NCBI GenBank assembly: GCA_022813965.1
Contig: JALDZS010000006.1
Coordinates: 186,001 to 250,000, forward strand
Source of the DNA: Toensbergia leucococca
Lineage: Eukaryota
Direction: 5' to 3'
DNA length: 64,000 bases
Part shown: one piece after another, positions 35,860 to 47,794 of the stretch
How the letters are laid out: each line of letters begins with the position of its first letter
Numbering within the stretch: the stretch's first letter is position 1
Made by a program: the position numbers and the translations under genes
The notes under the pieces: generated by a model
Databases searched by the model: none
What the model was told of the DNA's origin: nothing
Seen by the model: only the letters and a program-made list of their open reading frames with translations

Positions 35860-36510
35860 CTTCACACCAATCTCCCCCCCCCTCTTCACTGACAGAACAA
35901 ACCTCAGATCTCAAAGCCCTCAAACTCACCTAACACCCCCCTTATTTCTTCACAACCTCACATTTTCTATTCTCTCTCTCTCTCAAAAAACAAAACCATC
36001 ACTCAGACTCAAAACCTCAAAAATCAAAAAAACCCAAAAATTCTATCCTGAAGCCTTCAAAGTCTCAACCCCTCTAACTCAAAACTCAAAAAACATTACC
36101 TGCCTCTCTTTTCCCCCCCCCTCCCTCACTTTCCCTCTCATCTTTCACTCTTGTTCACCCTCTCTTTAAAAAAAAGAGAAAGAAGGCAATTAACACAATT
36201 TATACACATCATCTACCCCCTAATCTTTCAAAGAGTAGAGAACAAAAAAAAAAAAAAAGAGAGAGTAAAGAAACTATGAAAAAAAAATCATCATTTTTAT
36301 GTATGACAAAAAAAAAAGAAAGGGGCGTGCACATCCAGCACAGCTTGAGGTAAAGGGAGAAAAAAAATTGAGTTTAATTTCTGAGAAAAAAAATAAATTA
36401 ATTCAATGAATTTGAGAAAATTCAGAATTTTCTAAAAGAAAAGAAAAAGTATTTTTTTTTAAAAAAAAATGATAATAAACTTGCACAAAAATAAAAAATA
36501 AAAATGAATG
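35860..36510. repeat. Low-complexity C/A-rich then poly(A)-rich tract between convergent NmrA and KSP1 genes
   Basis: No CG until ~36325; (CT)n, poly-C and several A7-A16 runs. Confidence 0.6.
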
Positions 36511-36994
36511 AACACCTTCACTTACATCTATGTGTACCTAAAAAGGCACCCTTCTTTCCCGTCAAATAATTTGTTCATTTTCAGAAAGATGGAAGCCGTG
36601 TTGCAACACCACAAAGTTTTCGTCAACATCAAGACACAAGTACTCACGTCAACACAGGCACACAAAACATCAACAACCACCAATAAAGAAAGATTCACAA
36701 ACATGTCCAGAAAAAATACTGAGTGGGTAAATGCGTGCATTCGATCACTCCCTCGTAATCCAAATACATCTACATACGAGCACCAGTCAACTACAGCAAA
36801 GCGGTACCCTAGCTCCCATTCCCTTCGCCTTTCAACTGCATCCTCATCACATCCATCGTTCCTCAAATCCCATCTCTCTCCCGCCAAAAGAGGTAAGAGA
36901 TATCAGGAACACAAGGAAAGAAGGAAAGAACGAAGAGTGGAGATGGAGGAAAAAGAAAAAGAAGCCAAGAGGTGCCACCCGCCCAGTTACCAGC

Positions 36995-38869
36995 CTACAA
37001 ATGGAGGTCATGCCAACCCCCAACCCACTCAGCATCCGCCTCATCATCCCGCTGCTGAGCGGGATGATCCTCTCGACGCCAGTCCCGAACCTTTGCGCTG
37101 ACAATATCCTTCTTATCCCACCCGCCCGTATTCCCCGACCAGGCCTTTAGTCCCAATCCTGAACGCCAATTCCCATTGTTTGACCGCTTCCTCACAGGCT
37201 CTGGAGAGTCAGACACGCTCTGGTGATAAGCACGTCTGCGATTGCCCAGTGCTGCCCACTTGTCCATATCGACCCGCTTCGAAGGAGGGGAATAGCGCCG
37301 TGATACCGAGAGATCCTCGAAGAAAAAACCGTCATTTTCATTGACACCATCCATGGAAACGCGGGATTCGGGATCTTGGGGGCTCTGTGTCCTTGTATTT
37401 ACAATTGAAGAACCTTTGAGCTCTGATAAGCCATTACGACGGATAGTAGGGTCACTGTCTTTACTCTCTTGGCTCCAGCTTCGGCTATTGTACTCTCGTC
37501 GTTGCTCGATAACCTCCTCTTGAGTAAGAGATTCTTCTTCATCTTCATCCCATAGATCACTCCAGCTTTTTGAAACAGAGTCATCCTTTCTACCGAAAAT
37601 GGTCGACATAGCCGGCAGCGGCTTGGAGGCATGAATAGGCTGAAAGTCGGAGGTCGCTACATGACCAGAACGTGGAAGCTTGCGTGGCTCAGGCTCGCGG
37701 AGATTCAATGACTTAACGGACGCCCCGAGCGCAGAATCCCATACCGACGTCATGGATGGGGCAGCCACGGAATACCACGAGTTCCTGTCCTTCTCAGAGT
37801 TGGGGAATAAGTCCTCGGTGTAACTCTCTGTATCTGGAATGGCAGATAGTTGACGACCTTTTTGCGGTGGGCTCATGTGAAGTGCCCTGGCCCACGGGAA
37901 CGCACCGCCTTGATCAACCTGTGCACTTTGAATAGACGGCGTTCGAAGAGGCTCACGATTGGCAGTCGGCGGAACGATTTCGCGATCTTCAGTTCGGAAA
38001 TCATCGAGGGCCTCATCGTCTGTGGTAAAGCTGACAACTCGTAGGAGGGTGTCACGAAAAGCTTCTAAAGAACGTTTGGTAGGATCGAGGGCCATGGCAT
38101 GGCCTAGAACCTCAAAAGTATCCTGAGACATTGTGGGAAATATATCAAAAAGCGACTGGTTATCTCGAGCAAAATCGGCGAACAGAACATCAGACTCAGT
38201 CGGCGTCACGAAAGGATTTCTGGAGAAGAGGATGTTCAGCAGGCAAATGCCTATGGCCCAGGTATCTGCTTTTGCTGGCGAGTACCCGCTCTCAGATGGA
38301 TCGTATTGCTCCGGAGCCATGTACCTATCGCTACCAACGGAAGCTTCGTGAGACCAACTTTCACTGGTGGCCAAGCCGAAATCGCCAAGCTTCAATGAGC
38401 CATCTTGAGCAAGGAAGATGTTTTCAGGCTTGATGTCTCGATGATATAGCCCCTTGGAATGCATAAAATCCACCGCGTTGATAAGCTGAAGCATGAATTC
38501 GCGGACATTCTCAGTTTCTCGAGGCCCATGACCAAGTCGGATGGCTTCGTATAAGTCGCCCATGGAGCAGAATTCCAAAACCAAATAAATGTGAGCGTCG
38601 GTCTCAAACGAGTGGAGTAGATTCACAATATTCGGATGAAAGCCAAGGCGATCATGACAGGAAAGCTCGACAGAGTGATCTTCTGCGGGCGTTGTAGGAC
38701 AGGCTTTGGGCGATGATTTAGTCAAACATTTGACCGCCACGAGATCCCCACTGTTGATGTCCTTTGCGAGAAAAACCATGCCAAAAGATCCATGGTTCAG
38801 AGGAGAAACCGATTGATAACGCCCATCCAAAAGTAAGTCTTCCTGAAACGCATCTCTCATGCACTCCAT
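36995..38869 (-). CDS. KSP1: Ser/Thr protein kinase, Ksp1-like (Ran1/Pat1-related)
   Basis: GRYQSVSPLNHGSFGMV, VAVKCL, YHRDIKPENI, KLGDFGLA, GSDRYMAPE; long low-complexity C-terminal tail; intronless. Confidence 0.85.
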   Translation of the reverse strand: MECMRDAFQEDLLLDGRYQSVSPLNHGSFGMVFLAKDINSGDLVAVKCLTKSSPKACPTTPAEDHSVELSCHDRLGFHPNIVNLLHSFETDAHIYLVLEFCSMGDLYEAIRLGHGPRETENVREFMLQLINAVDFMHSKGLYHRDIKPENIFLAQDGSLKLGDFGLATSESWSHEASVGSDRYMAPEQYDPSESGYSPAKADTWAIGICLLNILFSRNPFVTPTESDVLFADFARDNQSLFDIFPTMSQDTFEVLGHAMALDPTKRSLEAFRDTLLRVVSFTTDDEALDDFRTEDREIVPPTANREPLRTPSIQSAQVDQGGAFPWARALHMSPPQKGRQLSAIPDTESYTEDLFPNSEKDRNSWYSVAAPSMTSVWDSALGASVKSLNLREPEPRKLPRSGHVATSDFQPIHASKPLPAMSTIFGRKDDSVSKSWSDLWDEDEEESLTQEEVIEQRREYNSRSWSQESKDSDPTIRRNGLSELKGSSIVNTRTQSPQDPESRVSMDGVNENDGFFFEDLSVSRRYSPPSKRVDMDKWAALGNRRRAYHQSVSDSPEPVRKRSNNGNWRSGLGLKAWSGNTGGWDKKDIVSAKVRDWRREDHPAQQRDDEADAEWVGGWHDLHL

Positions 38870-41800
38870 AATCCTTGATAGGTAGCAGTAATGAAGCAAG
38901 AAAGGCCGAGGTGGTAGTACAACGAAATATGGAGGTCAACTTCGAAAAACGGAGGACTTGTAGCTTCGGTCACTGAAAGGTTCCAGCAAAAGCCTTGGAA
39001 TGCCTGAATCAAAGTTCTTGGTGCCTGGCGGACGTGAAGCTTGGTCGGAGCTGTCGGTGGAGGTGCAAACTGAAGACTAGGAAATGCTGAAGAGCCGTAT
39101 ATGTGATGGACAAAGCAATAAGGTATGATGATCGAAAACGCAAACGCTAGATACAGTACTCCACCCGTCGCTCATGAACACCAGGGAACACCGTTTCGTC
39201 CTTTCAGAGGCTCATGTGCAGATAAAAATAATTCGTCGATAAACAGCAGGAACGATTCGACCGAGAAGTAGGCGAGAGGAAATAATCAGAGACGTCAGGT
39301 AAACATTGGAGGCGTATTACAAAAGTTTATGTATGAATCGTGCTAATGAAGGCGATGAATGGCAGGACTCTAGGAAGGTCGAAAGAGAGGACGCCGATAG
39401 AGCTCGACCGAGGTATACAGAGGATATGGAAATCGCTGTGTAGAGTCGTAAGGTCAGTAGAAAAGCGGGATAAAGGACATATATGAACGGTTCGTGGCTG
39501 TGATGTCGTGGTTCACAGGATCAAGTGCGGAGAACCTTGGCAGATAGATGCTGATCTCTGGGTAGGTTGACAGAGAAGAAGAGAGCAGGGTAATATGGAA
39601 GCGTCTAGGGAAGTTGTGGATTGGCCCAAAGCCAGACCCGAGCTAGGTGAGCTATTGATTGCTGTTCAGGGCGGCCGAGTCACAACGAAACTATCAAGGT
39701 TGTCAAACTCGACTACTCGCTAAGCTGATGGAAGATCGGGTTGGTGGAGATAACTGAACGAGTAATAGGAGAGGAATTGAGGAGCAGTGTGGAAGTTGAA
39801 AGGACTAAGACAGGTGGTGAACTGAAGAGCTGGCGGAGTTGGTCTGGACAACGACGAAGAGAGAAGGAGCGAGCGAGCGGTGGTGATATGAGGTGCAAGT
39901 GAGTCGGAGGGGTAGGGAATGAAGGACTATGACGATGTCTGAGTGATTGGCTTGTCAGATCATTGTTGGTGTTGTGCTTTGCAGGAGTATCATGGTGAGG
40001 TAGGCAAGAGAAGGTGGGATGTTGCGAGGGTGGAATGATGATTAGTTACCTAGTTAGTAGAATACCTGGCAAGCTGGCTTAGCGGCTAGTCGAGTAAACA
40101 ATGAAATAACAGACAGCTAGCTGGTAAGATTCATGCATGCTACAGCCTGGCAGGCACACTAAGCCGCCAAGTAATTCCATGGCTTTCTCTCCCTGCCTCA
40201 CGCCATGGATGAGACCACCGAGAGTCCGAGACGAGTAATCCAGATGACGTTGAGATCAGACGACTTGAACAGTTTGATGAAGACATCTGCCTTGTTCTAT
40301 CTACAGCATTTCGACCAAGTTCGACATTCTTCCACCGTCGTCGCTTCCGGACACTTGAGGACTGCAAGCAACAATTGACTTTCCAAGAAGAAGCCGATAT
40401 GAATGCATCTATGCGTACCCGTAGCAACCTCCTCGAGCAGTCGAGCTTATTCTACCTTACCCCGCCCCCAATTCCACGTCTTGGATACCTATCTGTTATC
40501 CGTAAAGCCCTGTGACTTTTAGCCCGACTCTCATTATTATTAGCTTCGTATTTGCAATATCTACCGAGCGACCTAGTCGCTGCGGATGGAAATTAGACAC
40601 ACTCGACGCTTTTGTCTCTCGTCAATAAATCGAGTGATATGGCGTTAGATTAGCACGTCAGCCCATGTCTTTTGTTTCGTCCTGAAAGGGGCCTGGCCAC
40701 ATGAGCGTCGAATCAGCACCACCTTCGCCACACCCTTTATTGAAATTGCTATCCCAAGTCTACCCGAAGACGTGCATCAGAACTAGTAATGTACTTGACG
40801 GTATTGACGCATTAAATTACGGTGCTTGGACCAACATTTGGATGGATTCTTTGATTCGGTAGCATTGTGTCGGATCTCTAGCTACTCGCGACTGGTTAAA
40901 TGCAACAACAAAGGGATCACGGCCACCACTCTGAGCGTATCGACGTTTCATCTTTGTTGAAACGATTGCGAGACCGGAGCACAGAATAAGACTGGCTGAC
41001 TCGGACAAAGTCATGATCAAACAAGCCGAATCTTATTCTAATGCAAGCAGCCGCGTAGACTTCGCCAGCCTCGACATGGTCCGAGCATTGCTGGCTAGGT
41101 ATGGCCTTACCGCCGTCTTTTTCTGCTGGCAGCATGATCAATTAACATGTTATTACTCCGTACACCGATTGTCGGTCTCGTGCAGTACCTATTGTTTAGA
41201 ACAAGCACTGATGCAGGGACACACTACCCTAATGCAAACCAATCACTCCCGCGTGTCTACGCCAACGCATCTACATGTCGAGAAAAAAAACATCGTCAAT
41301 TCTTAAGCAGCTGTTGGCTAATGTTCAGCCAATGAAGGAAAATCCATGTGAGTTGTGGATGCTGTCAAGGAACTATGTCTACACTCTTTACCTGACTGGT
41401 CGACACTCAAAGGCCAACCTCTCATGGAAGGCCAGCACCGACCTGCAGAGTTCCATCGCTGTTCGCATAACCTCCCGTTTCGGCATCTTGTCATGGCAAC
41501 CCTAATTCACATTCCTCTCATGCTGTCTGTAGAATAATGGTAGCAAAGTTTAGTCGTCCTGGAAAGCTCTTAGAGATGTATCAAATTGCACTCTTCCATC
41601 TTTCAAGACTAATCGAACATTACACGCCAATAACGCTGCAACATCAACAGTACTTTCTGGTGCCTTGGTTATTTATTTACGAGTGTAATAGACATTACTG
41701 CTTCTCGCTGGAGGGTCTCAGTCATATGTTATGTCTACCATTGAGAACGTTTGTTGTGTGAGACTTCTGTCTCACTGTTTGATTTTCCCAGCTATTATCT

Positions 41801-43204
41801 ACAACACGCCATTTTCTTCCTCTCTCAACTACCTTGCTAAAGTTCCTAGCAACTCCGTTCACACGTTTCATTCACCATGCTTTAATGACTGATGAGTTAT
41901 TCTTCTATTTATGATTGCTAGTGCTTAGACAATGAAATCTCCTCTGCTTTCAAGAATGCCTCATTGCCTAGGAATACTTATGTATATGCTACATTTAAGC
42001 TCTGCCTATTTACATTTCATGATAGCGCTGTGCTCTCCCGGTTCTCATCCGCTACCTCTAGGCTTGCTTCATCTGATCTGTCTGCGCTCCGCGTAAAATC
42101 TCGGACTCTCGGAAATGAGCAACGTGCCGAAGAAAAGGAGCAGGCTTGGGAGTAGCTGAACGGCAATCGGTACCTGCCGTTGTGCAGTCGAGTCCTTGGG
42201 AAAGGCAGCATGGGAAGCTTAAGTCTCCCAGACGCCCACGAGCGCTCTCAAATGCAGCGCAGTCTGATAGCTGAACATCAACATCTCCCGCTTTGAAGGC
42301 GTTGAAATCTCAGACATGCGAACCAAGCATCAGCGCCAACTCTCCTCCTCCTCCCAAGGAAGGAAACCCGACCTACTAAATCGGGCTCACCAACGTCCCC
42401 ACCCCAAAGCCTACCCTATGAACCACCTTCACTGCATTAAAACTTCTCAATTGGCCCCCTCGTTCCCTCATTTGCAATTAAACTCCCACCACATAATGTA
42501 CCGCACAACCCCTCAAACATCACCGTCGACCACACTGCGATATACACATGTGTCCGGAGCGGCATTCCAAACGGGGCGCATAGGGGCTAGAAGGTTAAGA
42601 TTTTGGCCAAGGCGAGGAGCTAGGGTAAGGGCAGCAGGCAAGAAAGGTGGAAGCGGTGTTGGAAGGAGGAAAGGTAGGACAAGAATGCCACCCCTTTATG
42701 GCTGACGGGGTAGCCAAAGAGTGCGGCGGTTATGAGGCGGATTTGTGGAGGTGAGATGGAGGTGGGTGCGGGTGGGTGACATCGTTCTGAGGGAGGCATC
42801 GGGTATTATAGGGAGATGGGGTGGCGTACATATGGTCTCGGTGGGAGGGAGTGGAGGGCGCCACCTTGTGGCTTTTGGAGGAGTGTTCTAGATGTAGCCA
42901 GAGACAGAGCTTGAACAATCGTGCTTGAGAACCGCAATAGGGACTAACATAAGCTTTCGATAGACGACTTTGGATGGGCGAATGATTTTTTTTGTCCGCC
43001 ACTCCCCCGCTCATCTATCCTTCAATCGCATACTCCCCACCTCCCAAAACCAAAAAAAAAGCACCAGTCTCCAAATCCTCTCGCTTTGAAGGTACCTCCC
43101 CGTTTCCCAAATCACAAAACCTCCTCCACCTGTAAACAAAAAGGGATCGGAACTCATATCAGGGGGGCAGATTATCACGTCTTTGACACAACCGAGTGAT
43201 TGCC

Positions 43205-43230
43205 AAAAAAAAAAAAAAAAAAAAAAAAAA
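43205..43230 (+). repeat. Poly(A) homopolymer (26 nt)
   Basis: Directly visible downstream of the VPS18 stop. Confidence 0.9.
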
Positions 43231-43486
43231 CAAACCCACTCTCTATCCCCCCAAGGATAAACATGCTTTTCCTTCCTGGCCCGACCGCTTTCCTCCACTC
43301 TCCTAGATGAATGGAGACAAAGAAAAGCGGGGAAGAGAAAAGGATGCAGTGGATAAAACAATCTGGTGGATATCTAACAAACGGACCTACATCAGAGCAT
43401 CTCCTAGGTAACATCCTCCCAAAACGGACCAATCCCCGCTCCCGTTTCCCCTCTCACAAGCCAATCCAGCAACATAACCCCATTCT

Positions 43487-46400
43487 CTACAAAGCCCACT
43501 CCTCCCCATGGTCCACCTCAGTAACAAACGGCTCCTCAATAAACTTGATCGCAAAATCCCCACAAAGGATACTGTAACCTCAGCAATCAGCCACGAAAAT
43601 AAAAACGCCACCCGCCCTTCACCACATCAACAAAGAAGAAAAATAAAAGAAAAACTCACCAAGCCTGCGCAACCAGCGCGTCCAACTCCCTCGCCTCCCT
43701 TTCTCTACGGCCCCCCCTCCCAATACTAGCCTGCAATTCCCGGATGCGGCCCCGGACCGTCAAACCGCTTCCCTCGAGCACTTTCTTGCCCAAGCAATCG
43801 CTATGGAATCCATGCTGGCAGCTTGGAAACACGAAAAATTGCCTGCTCAGGAGCGGCAGATCGCAGACTCGACACCGTTCGCCAGGCTCTACAACCGCAT
43901 AGCGTTTATCCAGTGATTTGATATCGCTCTTGATGGACTCCGCCGTGGCGGCCGAGTCGTCCATTTCGATTTTGAGGGTGTCGATGTGCCGCGAATATGA
44001 TTCCAGCGCGGCGCAGATTTCCTCTTTGAAGTCGTCGATGACGACAAAGTCCGGGAAGAATGGGATGAGATCTTCTATGCGCAGGAGCTCGCAGCGTTTG
44101 AGGAAATCAATGGCTGTTTTCATGGAGCCGGTGCCTTGTTGACTGATGACCTTTTTGGCGACGGCCAGCCAAAGCTTCTTGCGGAGGGCGGGGTTGGAGT
44201 CTGAGGGCCTGTCGGCAACGATGGAGGCGAGATCGATTTCGTTGTGTTTGAGGGCCAACGAGACGGCGGAGGCGTATTGGCCCATCGAGGAGTAGATGTG
44301 CACGCAGGATTGGACGCGCGAGTTCTGGATGCAGAGTCGGAGAGCGAAGTCGGCGTCGTAGGAGGGGGAGGGTTGGAGGGACTGGGCGGAAAGGTAGCTT
44401 AGAAGGGCTGTTTCTGAGGGGGAGGAGTGAGAGGCATAGATGGAGATTAGAGTGTTGTGGACGGCTGCGTCGGTGGAGTGCAGTTGGTTGATGCAGAACA
44501 GGAGGTAGCGGGCTGCTTGGTTCTGGGGCAATGGAACAGGGTGAACTTTATTGTAGTTCAAAAGGGCGGGGATTAGATTTCGAGGGTTTAGATCGGGGTG
44601 ACGCATTATGATATCGACAAGTTCGGTGGCCACCTGTGCCATGAGCACGCTGCTATACTTGTAAAAGATTGCAGGATCATTCTGTTTCTTGAGTACGTCT
44701 AACGATTCTTGCCACCGCTCTCTTTGCACCCAATATGAAAGCACGTAATTGTAATCGTTGATAGCAGTGGCGTAAGCTAGCAACTCCTGCTCCCGTCCAT
44801 GACTACTAATGATCTCGTAGGTCGTTTTCCGATCCAGGTCCCCTTTGTACTTGCCAACGTATTCCTGGAATTCCCTCCGGATGATGGCGAGTTCGTCTTT
44901 GGTATCTGCAGTACTTGTGTTCTCTGCGAGTTCCGCCTTGGTGGTGATAGTGTCGTCTAGGGAATTTAGCTTGGACATGAAAATCTCGACAAGCCAACCC
45001 GCAATCATCACTCGCTGCATGATGGAGGACTTTTTATATTGTCCCAGCTTTGTCAAGAGATACCTCCGCAGTGCATCATGCTCACCACGGTCAATGAAAT
45101 TTAGTGCGACTTGTTCAAATGGTTTGCTACTCTTTCCATAGACACCCGCCGCTTCATGGTATTGACCCTTTTTGATCAGGTAATCCCCAGAAGCAGTAGC
45201 AACAGCATCTTTCTGAGATGCGCCTCGTGCATACTGTAAAGCAGACTCAAACTGTTGATCTTTTAGCATGATCTTCCAAACGTCACGATCCTCGTCTGTC
45301 ACAACGATCTCAAAGATCTCTTGGGTAGTGAAAAGCCAAAATGTGTTTTTTTTCTGGTCAGCTAAGAGCCCGAGGGCTTTTTGACCAGGCTCAAGAACAG
45401 CTTGATCATAAACAATACGCTCGTCAAGTCTTTGAATCCCTACTATCCTACCTTCTACGAAACATAGCATATGCCACTGAGTGAGTGCAATACCTGCAAT
45501 TGGATCCTGGATGGGTCTCTTCCGCCCACTTGTGTTTTGCGAGGCAGGTATCTGCGCTCTTGCAAACATCCGGGACTCATTGAATACGGTATTACCTAAA
45601 TTTGGGCCTTTTGAGGATGTCCGTAGCTTTCCATAGAAAACACCTTGTGCAGAAAGCCAGGCAAAGACACGCTCAGCATTGAAATTATCATGAGAAGATA
45701 TCTCTGGTGGATCAGGTGAAACGACCAAAGTGGACGGTGCAGAGTTTATATTCCGAATCTCCTCATGTGCCGTGGGAGCTTCTGTCTCGAATAACCTGGT
45801 GAATATCGAGCCTGAACCCTCTTGTCCGTGTCGTCCAATCGGTCCCACAAAATGCAACAGCTTGCTCTGAGATGCCACTATCACTCTGCGAAAATCCGGC
45901 CTCCCAGGAATCAAGTCCACCCATAGACCTGTGACAGGTCCATCTAACGATTTGTAGACTGCCTTCAAGTACTTGTCCTCTTTTCGATAGAATTCGTTCG
46001 ATGGCTCAATAAATGCTTCATATACGTTGCCATCAGACGCACCCACAAGTATCTCCCGAGTGGATGCGGTTGGAAGTGACGAGTTCCATGAGATACTCTC
46101 AATGATCACACCTTTTAGGCGGGACAGCGGCTTCGGTTGTCTTGATTGCGTATGTAGGTAGTAGTTCTCACCCAGAGTTGTGGTTATAATTAGATGCGAA
46201 GCCGAAGGATCAAGAAACATGCGGCGGATGAGACCAACCTCCGTGGACTTTTTGGGTAGGTCAATATCTAGCAGACAGCAAGGTATTAGCTTGGGGCAGG
46301 CAAATGGAAGAGCTTTTGTCTGTACCATCTATATCGCCAGGACTATCGAGGTCAATTCGTAAGATACGCCCCGTTGACAGTGCTAAAACCAGGACATTGT

Positions 46401-46542
46401 TGGCAACCTGGGCAGCTACAAAATCCGATGATATGGAGAATTGTAGCTGTACCCGTTCAACCTTGAAGATAGGCAACGAGGTATCGGCAAGGTCTTGCAG
46501 GCTATTGGAGGCAGCAAATCCACTGGAGGCATCAAAGGCCAT
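43487..46542 (-). CDS. VPS18: Vacuolar protein sorting protein 18 (HOPS/CORVET), 3 exons
   Basis: Pep3/Vps18 region (DRDVWKIML...FEQVALNF), clathrin-like repeat (LRIEDLIPFFPDFVVIDDFKEEIC) and RING-H2 CRVC...FPSCQHGFHSDCL, completed by last exon C-ILCGDFAIKFIEEPF..EEWAL*. Confidence 0.96.
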
Positions 46543-47794
46543 GACTGGTTGATACCGGTCAAGAATCCCAGGGATTTCGCACCATTTTCTCACGGTGTTG
46601 TTACACAGCTATTCTAAGGCGCGAGCTGGTAGAGTAGCTCAGTAGGTTCACATGGATCGAGGTCTGACTATTCGTGAGACACCCGAATTAATGTGGTACA
46701 GATAGCGTCATAAGGTGTTCCTCTTCAGCTGGAGATCGGACGTGAGCCCTAAAAAGTATTGATCTACAACTGCGGAACAGCTTGACATTATCGTCATTTC
46801 TCGTGACTGGCAAAATCACACCATAGAGAAGGATTTTCTACATAAAACATAGGTCTTAGAGCATCTGTCATTAGATGGAACAAATGCTAGAGTACCTCAG
46901 GCATCATGGTCGGCATACTCGTATTGTTAACCATAGGTAGGAGGCTTACTCTACCTACCTACCGTAGTCATGGAGGACGTTATTTAAATGCATTTCTCAA
47001 ACATGTTCCACCTATCCGTACCCACTAGTATTGCAGACTATGCCGTAAATCCTTGCCGCCTAAAATCCGGAAACGTTTCAGAGCAGTCAAAGAAACTGTC
47101 GATCTTCGTGACTTCATTGGCTACGCGTGCCGCTTGGTCATGGTGATGGTGGGAGGAGGATGAAAGGAAAAGAGCGGTGCTTATTACCCTTTCAGTTCGT
47201 AGAGTACGGCTTAGGAATATCTGCTGCTCATCATTCATTTGTAAGCTGTCCGAGGGTCACTTAGTCGACGTCGACAGACTCAATTGTCATTGTCATTGTC
47301 ATCGAGACAATGAATCTCGGATTACCTCACGTGCGCCCCAAAGAATAGTATCCAACAATTCCACTCCATCCTGTGTTTCATCCCTTCAAGCGATACCTTT
47401 CACTGTCATTCCGACACTCGGTCGCCCCAAAGAGAGCCCGCTTGACCTTCGACCTGCTCTCATGCTTGGCCGTGCTACATCACATTGATTGTGTCAAACA
47501 GTTGCACGCCTAGTCATCAACTCGAAACCGCCGGCTGATCCGGACGAGGAATTCTCACGGTACAAAGCACTAATACTTGTGAACAAAGTCAGAGTCTCAG
47601 CAACATCGAGCATTACTCCTACGTCTTTTCATCTTGAAAATCTCTTGTCGCAATCCGTCATCAACCTTCTCACGGCCTCCCTTGCAGTGTAAAACCAATT
47701 GCAGTACGATCACCACTTTGATATAGGCTGGACCTGTTGGATGATCGACCTTACGACTATCATCAAAGGGGAGATATTCTGAGGTGGACCGGAG

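Noticed and set aside
36508..37150. + strand ORFs of 197 and 139 aa
   Set aside because: Antisense to the KSP1 3' end/UTR, compositionally biased, no motifs.
46632..46690. TAGCTCAGTAGG resembling a tRNA A-box
   Set aside because: No downstream GTTCRA B-box or cloverleaf.
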